Source: Candidatus Saccharimonadales bacterium
GTDB taxonomy: Bacteria; Patescibacteriota; Saccharimonadia; Saccharimonadales; EFPC-124
Assembly (NCBI GenBank): GCA_035280845.1
Contig: DATEFB010000007.1
Span: forward strand, 5,778 to 69,777
DNA: 64,000 nt
Direction: 5' to 3'
Below are positions 27,283 through 34,916 of the stretch, one piece after another. The position numbers were made by a program, and so were the translations under genes. The notes beneath the pieces were generated by a model. It was given only the letters and a program-made list of their open reading frames with translations. It was not told the DNA's origin and searched no databases. Position 1 is the first letter of the stretch; every line of letters begins with the position of its first letter.

Positions 27283-28770
27283 GTGCGTACAATTATGCGC
27301 AGGGTGGCAGTTGCTGCGACAGTGTTGTTAGCCCTTGTGGCTACCAACGCAGTCGTGGCGCCGCCCGCCTTTGCCGTAGCGATGAAGACGAACCGTGTCA
27401 TCCTGAACGGCGCAGATTGGTTGGGGGGCGACGGCGTCAACGTCTACTCCAATGATGGAAACTTCGACTCGAACATGGCCGACACTAACTATGTTAACGG
27501 AGTCCAAAGCGGCTACCGCTGGCAGTGCGTTGAGCTGGTGAACCGGCTCTACCTCACGCGCGGCTGGACAAGTACGTGGTGGTCGGGCAACGGCTATCAG
27601 ATGCTTGACAGCGCACCAGCCCACCTCGCCAAGTCAGCGAATGGCGCGATCCAGGCAATCAATCCAGGTGATGTCATCGTACTGGGTGGCGGCTGGTTAA
27701 ATTTCGGCCATGTCGCCATCGTTAGTGGCGTGACCGGGACGACAATCCATACCGTCAGCCAAAATCTCTCGACTGCGAACGATGGAGTCGGGGGTGACTT
27801 CACCTGGAACCAGTCCGCCAAGACGATCACGCCATGGTCGGGCTACTCGATGACGGGTGTCGTTCATGCTCCAAACGGCGGCGCGTCGGCTGGTAACGGT
27901 GGCACCCCACCCGGCCTCGGCTCCAAGATTGCCTCCGCCCGCCACGCAGATGGCCGCCTGGCCGTCTTCTACATCGGGGCTAACAGCGCGATTTACTACC
28001 GCAACCAGAACTCACCCGGTAGCATAGGTTGGACGTCGGAGATTCACATTCCGGCGTATGCGAAGGCAATCGCGGCAGTCACCAACGCACAAGGTCGGAT
28101 CGAGCTGTTCTACATCGGTGCCAACAATGGCCTGTATCACCGCTGGCAACCCTGGACGAATACCGACCAGTGGTCGCCCGAGGAATACTTCTCGGCCAAC
28201 ATCCGGGCAATCGCCGCAGCCAACAACGGCAACGGCATCCTGGCGGTGATCGCGGTTGGGTCGGACAACCAGTTGTACATCATGCAGCAGCCCGCGCCGA
28301 ACTCGTGGAACGGGCAATGGCACAACATCCCGGCGCAGTCCGTGGATATTGCCATGGCAACGGCGCACGACGGCCGCAACGAGCTGTTCCATGTCGGCAC
28401 CAACTACCAGACGTACCACCGCTGGGAGTGGTCACCGGGCTGCTGCTGGTCGTCGCCGGAGGAGGTCTGGGGTACGAATGTCCGCAAACTGGCCGCAACC
28501 CGCAACGCCGACGGCCGCATGGAGGTCTTCGCCATTGGCAGCAATGCCCAGATCTACAACAACTGGCAGCAACAAGCCGGTTCCAACTGGGCGAATACCT
28601 GGCCGTTGATTCCGGCTCAGGCGCGGTATATCGCGGCGGCGACCAACGTGGATGGCAGGCTGGAGATCTTCTACGTCGGAGCTAACAACTCTGTGTACCA
28701 CCGGCGGCAAACGCAAGCCGGGTGCTGCTGGGGGCCAGAGGACATCCTGCCCGCGAACGTTGCACCGTAG
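27283..28770 (+). CDS. Secreted CHAP/NlpC-P60-type amidase fused to a six-blade tectonin/tachylectin-like beta-propeller lectin
   Basis: Signal peptide 'RRVAVAATVLLALVATNAVVAPPAFA'. Catalytic Cys 'YRWQCVELVNRLY' and His 'FGHVAIVSG'. Six repeats of '(A/H)DGR.E.F.(I/V)G.N...Y.(R/N)WQ'. About 60% G+C by hand count of 28261-28320. GTG start 27283; ATG alternative at 27295. Confidence 0.75.
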   Translation: MRTIMRRVAVAATVLLALVATNAVVAPPAFAVAMKTNRVILNGADWLGGDGVNVYSNDGNFDSNMADTNYVNGVQSGYRWQCVELVNRLYLTRGWTSTWWSGNGYQMLDSAPAHLAKSANGAIQAINPGDVIVLGGGWLNFGHVAIVSGVTGTTIHTVSQNLSTANDGVGGDFTWNQSAKTITPWSGYSMTGVVHAPNGGASAGNGGTPPGLGSKIASARHADGRLAVFYIGANSAIYYRNQNSPGSIGWTSEIHIPAYAKAIAAVTNAQGRIELFYIGANNGLYHRWQPWTNTDQWSPEEYFSANIRAIAAANNGNGILAVIAVGSDNQLYIMQQPAPNSWNGQWHNIPAQSVDIAMATAHDGRNELFHVGTNYQTYHRWEWSPGCCWSSPEEVWGTNVRKLAATRNADGRMEVFAIGSNAQIYNNWQQQAGSNWANTWPLIPAQARYIAAATNVDGRLEIFYVGANNSVYHRRQTQAGCCWGPEDILPANVAP

Positions 28771-28901
28771 CGCCTGCGTTCAGGGCGAGAAGAACAAAGT
28801 GAGAAAAGAGCCGGTGAGTGGAGAGCTTCACCGGCGAAGACCTGAGCCATGTCTTGAAACTGGCTCACTTAAATTACTGTTGATTGCCGCGGATGCTAAA
28901 T

Positions 28902-29059
28902 GAAAATGGCGGGCTACGTGAACGTAGCGCCGCCGGAAAGGGGCACTTATAGGGTTGCGGGCGTAGCCCTCGACCGGAGAGCTGGCCGAGGGCTACGCGT
29001 ACATGGGGACTCGCGTATTCGCGGCGTCCTGTACTGCAATCAACTATTGAGCCATTTTC
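28902..29059. other. 158-nt nested inverted-repeat element (three hairpins closed by a 9-bp helix); candidate structured RNA or island end
   Basis: Closing helix gaaaatggc (28902-10) / gccattttc (29051-59). H1 gctacg-tgaa-cgtagc (28913-28). H2 gcgtagccctcg...cgagggctacgc (28961-98, 12 bp perfect, extendable). H3 gtaca..ggac.cgcg-tatt-cgcg..gtcc-tgtac (28999-29034). Confidence 0.3.
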
Positions 29060-29154
29060 TATAAAAGCAGAAATCTGGCTGTAATGTTAGTGTTAAGCAA
29101 GCATCTCCATGCAAAAGAGACGCCACGCCCGCGTTCTTTTGTTAAAATGGCGGT

Positions 29155-29616
29155 ATGCAGTCCAACCTTCTCTTTCAATATTGCCAGAAGCTTGTTATTT
29201 TATCGGACGACCTGCAAAGCGTGTTGCTTGCGCGGCGGCAGGGAGAAGCTGATTACGATGGAACCTTCTCTTTTATTGGTGGCAAAATGGAAACGACCGA
29301 CGCGACTTTGCTTGACGGCATGCAGCGCGAAAAAAACGAGGAAATCGGCGAAGGTGCAATAGTCGCCGTGCTGCCTAACGAAAGCTACAATATTTTGTTT
29401 AAAAAGAACGACGGCAGCAGTATGGTATTACCTCATATTGCTGGTAAGTTTGTGTCGGGCACTATTGCGCTGAGCGAAGAATACAGCGACTATGCATGGG
29501 TGCCGCTTGCGAACATAGAATCGTTTGAGCCGAAAATTGATAACATTCCCCAGCTTGCGCATTGGGCCAAAAGCAAGCTGGCTGATACGGCAGAAGATCG
29601 CCTTGAACGCATATAA
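29155..29616 (+). CDS. Nudix hydrolase
   Basis: Nudix box 'GGKMETTDATLLDGMQREKNEEIGE'. Extended -10 TGtTAAAAT at 29140-29148 lies 6 nt before the ATG (leaderless geometry). Confidence 0.8.
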   Translation: MQSNLLFQYCQKLVILSDDLQSVLLARRQGEADYDGTFSFIGGKMETTDATLLDGMQREKNEEIGEGAIVAVLPNESYNILFKKNDGSSMVLPHIAGKFVSGTIALSEEYSDYAWVPLANIESFEPKIDNIPQLAHWAKSKLADTAEDRLERI

Positions 29617-29630
29617 ATTACGGAGCCGTT

Positions 29631-30437
29631 ATGCATAAAACACAACTGCTCGAACGCATTGGCCGGCTGCCATTTGGGTCATTCTGGGTCTTTGGTATAA
29701 AGCAAGCGTGGGCGGCTATTTTTGGCGGGCTTATGCTCGGCGCGCTTATTCTGACCGCTTATGTAGACTTGCCGTGGCTGGCACGGTACGACTGGCTGTT
29801 TTTGGCTGCCATCGCAATACAGGCATTTATGTTGCTTGCAAAACTGGAAAAACCGCACGAAGTTATAACCATTGTCCTGTTCCACCTGGTTGGGCTGGGC
29901 ATGGAGCTCTTTAAAACATCTGGCGCAATCGGCTCGTGGTCGTATCCCGGCGAGGCATTCTTTGAGCTTGGTAATGTGCCATTATTTTCGGGATTTATGT
30001 ATGCGGCCGTAGGCAGTTATATGGCACGTTCCTGGCGGGTGCTCGAGCTTGAATTTAGCCACTACCCAAACCGTATCGCAACGGTTGTCCTAGCGGTTGC
30101 GATTTACGTCAATTTCTTTACGCACCATTTTATATACGACTTTAGGTATGTGCTTTTTGGCGCTGTACTCTTTTTGTATGGCCGGACGTGGGTCAGTTAC
30201 GTCGTAAATAAAAAGCGCCGTCGCATGCCGCTGCTTGTAGGTTTTGTGCTAATAGCTTTCTTTATTTGGCTCGCCGAAAACATCGGTACCTACACGCAGG
30301 TATGGCTATACCCCGAGCAGGCTGCCGGGTGGCAAATGGTTGGCCTGGAAAAGATGGGATCGTGGCTGCTGCTTATGATTATCAGTTTTATTATGGTGGA
30401 ATGCCTACACTACATCAGGCAGGTGCGCGCACGATAA
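29631..30437 (+). CDS. Polytopic membrane protein (DUF817-like)
   Basis: 268 aa, ~8 helices. 'FGIKQAWAAIFGGLML' resembles the DUF817 N-terminus as I recall it. Confidence 0.5.
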   Translation: MHKTQLLERIGRLPFGSFWVFGIKQAWAAIFGGLMLGALILTAYVDLPWLARYDWLFLAAIAIQAFMLLAKLEKPHEVITIVLFHLVGLGMELFKTSGAIGSWSYPGEAFFELGNVPLFSGFMYAAVGSYMARSWRVLELEFSHYPNRIATVVLAVAIYVNFFTHHFIYDFRYVLFGAVLFLYGRTWVSYVVNKKRRRMPLLVGFVLIAFFIWLAENIGTYTQVWLYPEQAAGWQMVGLEKMGSWLLLMIISFIMVECLHYIRQVRAR

Positions 30438-30489
30438 TCTTCGCACAGCCATTGACAAAAAACGGTATTTTTTGCATAGTTTTATAGCT

Positions 30490-31197
30490 ATGACATCTGG
30501 TGAATTTTCTGAGTTTTATATTGTTGGCAGCAGCGAGCGTGGGCGTCAGCTGCTGCGCGAACGTCAGCCCCTACGCCACGCGCTGAGCTTGTTTGTGGCC
30601 GCGCCGGAAGCGCACAAAGTCCCCGTGCCTGGGTCGCGAGTGCTGGGCGCCGGACGCTATGGCTACACTTTCGCTATTGATAATATGGCCGTTAAAGTCA
30701 CCACTCCAACATCAAGCCAGGAATCGTTTGATCTTCGCAGGCCGCTTCCACCAGAGGATCTTACCCAGCAATTCGAGGTTTTGGGCGCATTGCACGAATT
30801 TTTGGATGGCGAGCCGGAGGGCATAACTGCGCCGGAGCAGTTTTTTGTTGCACATACGCCAAATGACGCGTACATTCTTGGCCAGCAGTATATGGACGGC
30901 TGGGTATCTGTTGAAGATCAGACCGACAGGGTGTACGGTTGGTCTGATCCCGATGATGAAGGCATTCGGCTTGAGGTGCGTAAGTGGACGAGTGCCTTAC
31001 GCGAGCGCCTGACACGGGGTTTGGGCGGCTTTGCCTACCTCCATCGTCTAGATGACTTGGCATTTCATAAACCCAGCGGTGTACACGGCGGCAATCTATT
31101 GGTGCCTGAGAGTGATACCCTGGACCCTGATACACCCCTTTGTATTATCGACCAACCAGGCCATAACCTGCGCCGAAAAAAGAAAACATCAACGTAA
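30490..31197 (+). CDS. Protein-kinase-like fold protein, probably catalytically atypical
   Basis: Gly-rich loop 'LGAGRYGYTF' and 'MAVKV' (VAIK-like Lys). Catalytic-loop-like 'VHGGNLLV' lacks the Asp. 'IIDQPG' sits in place of DFG. Confidence 0.4.
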   Translation: MTSGEFSEFYIVGSSERGRQLLRERQPLRHALSLFVAAPEAHKVPVPGSRVLGAGRYGYTFAIDNMAVKVTTPTSSQESFDLRRPLPPEDLTQQFEVLGALHEFLDGEPEGITAPEQFFVAHTPNDAYILGQQYMDGWVSVEDQTDRVYGWSDPDDEGIRLEVRKWTSALRERLTRGLGGFAYLHRLDDLAFHKPSGVHGGNLLVPESDTLDPDTPLCIIDQPGHNLRRKKKTST

Positions 31198-31267
31198 GAT
31201 TGACATGCTGGCAAAATTTGCCGTATGATTTGACGGTGCTCATTGTCTAGTGAGAAGGAGAGCACTC

Positions 31268-31603
31268 ATGACCCACGGTTTCAGTGGTTTCGGTGGCGGT
31301 GCCCCGCAGGGCGGTTACGACCAGCCGCTCCGCTGCCCGCGTGACAACGAACTCATGGCCAAGGTCAACGACCGGAACGCCAACGTTGTCATCGACCAGT
31401 GCCCGCGCTGCAAGGGCGTCTGGACGGACGCCGGCGAGATGGAGGCCATCGTGGCTTCCGTCACCAACGCGCCGGGCTTCCGTCCGCAGCCGAACTACGC
31501 GGCCTCCCACGGGAGCCACTCGGGTCACGGTGGTCACGGCGGCCACAACCGCCGTCACCACCGCACCAGCGACGGCATCTTCGGGAGCTTCTTCGGCTCC
31601 TGA
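31268..31603 (+). CDS. zf-TFIIB-type zinc-ribbon protein with His/Gly-rich tail (high-GC cassette C)
   Basis: SD GAAGGAG 7 nt upstream. 'LRCPRDNELMAKV...VVIDQCPRCKGVWTDAGEMEAI' matches the 'CPxC...CxxCxGxWxDxGE' zinc-ribbon family, with the first knuckle lacking its second Cys. Tail 'SHGSHSGHGGHGGHNRRHH'. Confidence 0.6.
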   Translation: MTHGFSGFGGGAPQGGYDQPLRCPRDNELMAKVNDRNANVVIDQCPRCKGVWTDAGEMEAIVASVTNAPGFRPQPNYAASHGSHSGHGGHGGHNRRHHRTSDGIFGSFFGS

Positions 31604-31779
31604 TCATCCGCGCACCGAGCGCCAACATACTGTGCGCTCAGCCCGGCCCCAGGAAGATCCTTTCCTCGGGGCCGGGCACCCCTACCATCGACCAGAAACA
31701 TACCATCATGGTAAGATAGAAGTAGTGCGAAGACACAGCCACAGAGGTGGGCTGAGCCAACATCCCGCTACAAATAATT

Positions 31780-32868
31780 ATGCGTACACGAAAGAACACC
31801 TCCGAGAAAACACGTATCGCCCTTCTTGCAGCAGCTATTGCAGTTCTGTTGCTTGTGGGCGGTTTTTTTGTCGTTAAATATATTACCTCGGGGCAGGCCG
31901 GAGGTCTATTCTCGGGCGGGAATAACCCGCTGAAAGATGTGAGCTTGTTCGTTGACCCTAACTCGAAGCCCGCTGTACAGGCAGCTGCCTGGCGCGGCAC
32001 GCAACCCGAGAACGCTGCGCTCATGGACAAACTTGCAGCCCAGCCAACAGCCCGCTGGTCAACCTATGCCGGAGATTTTGATGCCTTGAGCCAATACGTC
32101 CAGGCCGCGGCGGCTAGCAAAAAAACGCCTGTTCTAGTGAGTTACTTCTTCCCGAAGCGTGACTGTGGCCGGTATTCTACGGGCGGCGCGCGCGACGGCG
32201 AGGAGTACAAAGGTTTTATTGATGGCTTTGCCAACACAATCGGTACGGCCAGGGCAATTGTTATTCTGGAACCAGATGCGATTCCAAACATTAAAGCGCT
32301 CGACGACCAAGGCAAGCCTTGCTTGAGTGACGAAGACCAGCAGCTGTACTATTCCCTCATGGATTATGCGGTGACAACCCTTAAATCGCAGTCCAACATT
32401 AGCCTGTACATCGATGCTGGCAATAGCCAGTGGATCAAAGATACGAATGAGACCGCGAACCGCCTGAAACGCGCCAGTATTGCTAAGGCCGATGGCTTTA
32501 GCCTGAATGTTTCTAACTTTCAGACGACCGACGACACCATTGCATATGGCGAGGCTATTTCGCGTGCCATCGACGGCAAGCATTTTGTGATCGATACTTC
32601 GCGCAACGGCAATGGCCCATTCACGAACCCGGCGTACCCATCGCACGGTTGGTGCAACCCGCCAGACCGTGCGCTTGGCCACTATCCAACTACCCAAACC
32701 GGGCATGGATCTGTCGATGCGTATTTGTACATTAAACGACCGGGTGAATCCGACGGTGCTGACGCTGATCCCCAGAAATGTTTCGGTGGTCCCAAGGCAG
32801 GTGATTGGTGGCCAGACTACGCTGCTGGCTTAGTTGCCCGCTGGCCAAAAGAATTGCAGCCGAACTAA
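31780..32868 (+). CDS. Membrane-anchored glycoside hydrolase family 6 (beta-1,4-glucanase, CslZ-like)
   Basis: N-terminal TM 'IALLAAAIAVLLLVGGFFVV'. GH6 signatures 'FFPKRDCG', 'ILEPDAIPN', 'YIDAGNSQW', 'FSLNVSNF', 'FVIDTSRNGNG', 'YLYIKRPGESDG'. Confidence 0.85.
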   Translation: MRTRKNTSEKTRIALLAAAIAVLLLVGGFFVVKYITSGQAGGLFSGGNNPLKDVSLFVDPNSKPAVQAAAWRGTQPENAALMDKLAAQPTARWSTYAGDFDALSQYVQAAAASKKTPVLVSYFFPKRDCGRYSTGGARDGEEYKGFIDGFANTIGTARAIVILEPDAIPNIKALDDQGKPCLSDEDQQLYYSLMDYAVTTLKSQSNISLYIDAGNSQWIKDTNETANRLKRASIAKADGFSLNVSNFQTTDDTIAYGEAISRAIDGKHFVIDTSRNGNGPFTNPAYPSHGWCNPPDRALGHYPTTQTGHGSVDAYLYIKRPGESDGADADPQKCFGGPKAGDWWPDYAAGLVARWPKELQPN

Positions 32869-32890
32869 CTTAAGCGTTACAATGAGGGCA

Positions 32891-33340
32891 ATGGCTACTC
32901 GTTCAAACACAAAAAAACCAGCGTCCAAAAGCAAATCAAAAAATAAGCAGAACATCCGCCCAATTGATTTTGTGGTGATTGGCCTTGCCGCAGTACTTAT
33001 AATGTTTGGCTTATGGAACATGCGCAGCAAACAAGCCGGCTTGCCTTGCGACAGGCCGGGTCAGGAGCATAACCTGATCGTCCGTGATGATGCGTTTAAC
33101 GTGACGAAACTCACCATCGCGCAGTGCGATGTTATTAAGATTGCCAACCTCGATGCAACGCAAAGCTATGAATTCGCTTTTGGCGTGCACGACAAACACA
33201 TCCAATACCCAGGCTTTAACGAGACGGTTATCCGCCCGAATGAATTCATTGTGATCGATGCCATAAAAGCAGGAATCTACCGCATCCATGACCACTTGCG
33301 TGACAAGGCGGCGGTAGAATTCACAATTGAAGCCAAGTAG
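32891..33340 (+). CDS. Membrane-anchored small cupredoxin-like protein
   Basis: Lys-rich N-terminus, TM 'FVVIGLAAVLIMFGLW', then a ~100-aa beta-sandwich-like domain ('HNLIVRDDAFNVTKLTIAQCDVIKIANLD...YEFAFGVHDKH...GIYRIHDHL...VEFTIE') with His clusters. Fold call is tentative. Confidence 0.4.
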   Translation: MATRSNTKKPASKSKSKNKQNIRPIDFVVIGLAAVLIMFGLWNMRSKQAGLPCDRPGQEHNLIVRDDAFNVTKLTIAQCDVIKIANLDATQSYEFAFGVHDKHIQYPGFNETVIRPNEFIVIDAIKAGIYRIHDHLRDKAAVEFTIEAK

Positions 33341-33343
33341 GTT

Positions 33344-34915
33344 TTATTTAACGTGGACCCAGTATGCGGCAGAGGGAATGCCCTGTTTGTCGGTAATGAA
33401 CGCCATGTACCAGCCCGAAGGAACCAGGTTCTGGTTGGCTGGAATTTCAACGTTAATGCCATCTTTGGTTGTAGTGAATGGCAAGTTGATTGAGCGCTGT
33501 TCAACGTCAGTAACGTGAGTAACCGAGCTTGGGCGCATCAGTTTTGCAGTCCCAATGTTGCTTGGGTTCGACGTTTTGAGCTCGGTCTTTGTGCCGCGCT
33601 CAATTTTTTTGTTACCGCCGGTAATCTGCGGGCGCTCGCCTTTGAACAGGTAGGATGGCGAGTAAATTTCGATCCGCATCTCGAAGCTGTTGTCGATTGG
33701 GTTCGAACCGAATACTGCAACACGGCCGTCTGGCAACAGCATGGCTTCCGAGTGGTAGTTGCGGCCAACCCGAGGTGAGGCTGCGTCGGTAAAGGTATTG
33801 GTGTCGGGGTGGAAAATCTGAGCGTTGTGTACGTCGTCGGTGCGGTAACCGCGTGAGCCACCGGTAGCCAGTACAGTGTCGTCTGGCAGAATGACGGCGC
33901 TTGGGTAGCGGACTGCCTCTTTTAGCTTAGGGCCGTCGGTAAAGGTCGGGTTAGTCTCGTCCAGGTCAATGATTGCTGTGCGGTTGGTTGCGTCTGGAGA
34001 ATCGCCAATGCCGCCGCCGCCCATAACCATAACGCGCTGTTCCTGCGCAGGTGGCAGCAGTAATGAAGCGCTCGTTTCCAGGTATTCTGGATCTTTCAAG
34101 CCGGTGACGGTCTTAAACGAGTTGGTAGTGAGGTCCCAGAAACCAGGCGTACGGCCTTTGTCGGTTGGGCCGTATCCGGCGTTTGATCCAGTGTAAAACA
34201 ACTTGCCTTCGGCTGTCAGCAGTAGGGCAGGGTAGGTAGGGAAGTACTGGTTCAGGTCTTCGCGGTGAGTCCACTGTTTAGTGGCAGGATCAAACATTTC
34301 GGTTTGGCCGTACAGAATCTCGCCTTTTTCGTCTAGGCCAGAGCTTGCCAGGACTTTACCGTCAGCAAGGGCAACCAGTGTTGGATACCAGCGGGCGTAT
34401 TCTAGGCTGTCTACTTTTTCGTAGCGTTCCGTAATTGGGTCGAAAATGTATGAGTCTTTTAAGCCTTCGTATTCTTGTTTTGGCGTAATGGTCAGGTCTT
34501 CGTAGGTTTTAGTACCACCGGCAACCAGTAGGCGGCCGTCTGGCAAAAAGACGTGGCCAGCACAAAAGGCATCCCACGGAGTTGGGATCTCTTTGAAGGT
34601 TTCCAGCTCTGGGTCCCACAGGACGCTGCGGAACGTATTGGCATCAAACTGCTTTTCATCGTTACCAGAACCGGCGATCAGGAGGACCTTGCCGGTGTGC
34701 AACATAGCGGCGTGAATCGAACGTACAGGGGAGTCCATACTGGCAGTATCCCAGCGGCCCATTTGTACCACGACTTCGTGGCGGCGTGAGAGTACATATT
34801 CAACACCGGCCGAAACAGGTTCTGCAACAGCTTGGGCGTTGGCAACAATGACGAGCGCGATAGCTACAACGTAGCTGACCATGCGCCATTTAAATGGTTT
34901 TTTGACTTTCTTCAT
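33344..34915 (-). CDS. glxA: GlxA-like radical copper oxidase (Kelch beta-propeller + DUF1929, galactose/glyoxal oxidase family)
   Basis: N-terminal anchor 'MVSYVVAIALVIVANAQA'. Cross-link Cys 'AFCAGHVFLPDGRLLVAGG', cross-link Tyr 'YARWYPTLVALADG', axial Tyr/equatorial His 'RNYHSEAMLLPDGRVAVFGSNP', second His 'SSVTHVTDVEQR'. C-terminal 'PSGWYMAFITDKQGIPSAAYWVHV'. Confidence 0.85.
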   Translation of the reverse strand: MKKVKKPFKWRMVSYVVAIALVIVANAQAVAEPVSAGVEYVLSRRHEVVVQMGRWDTASMDSPVRSIHAAMLHTGKVLLIAGSGNDEKQFDANTFRSVLWDPELETFKEIPTPWDAFCAGHVFLPDGRLLVAGGTKTYEDLTITPKQEYEGLKDSYIFDPITERYEKVDSLEYARWYPTLVALADGKVLASSGLDEKGEILYGQTEMFDPATKQWTHREDLNQYFPTYPALLLTAEGKLFYTGSNAGYGPTDKGRTPGFWDLTTNSFKTVTGLKDPEYLETSASLLLPPAQEQRVMVMGGGGIGDSPDATNRTAIIDLDETNPTFTDGPKLKEAVRYPSAVILPDDTVLATGGSRGYRTDDVHNAQIFHPDTNTFTDAASPRVGRNYHSEAMLLPDGRVAVFGSNPIDNSFEMRIEIYSPSYLFKGERPQITGGNKKIERGTKTELKTSNPSNIGTAKLMRPSSVTHVTDVEQRSINLPFTTTKDGINVEIPANQNLVPSGWYMAFITDKQGIPSAAYWVHVK

Positions 34916-34916
34916 A

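Noticed and set aside
27213-28903. A dozen overlapping alternative-frame ORFs inside the CHAP-lectin gene
   Set aside because: They have the same high-GC artefact. Only the 27283..28770 frame yields a signal peptide, catalytic motifs and six regular repeats.
28902-29059. Assignment of the multi-hairpin element to a known RNA class (cobalamin riboswitch, SRP RNA, RNase P, tmRNA, 6S)
   Set aside because: The loop 'CCGGAGAGCTGGCC' only loosely resembles a B12 box, and the other conserved cobalamin-riboswitch segments are absent. No RNase P 'GAGGAAAGTCC' motif, SRP helix-8 motif or tRNA-like end was seen. The element is kept only as an unclassified structure.
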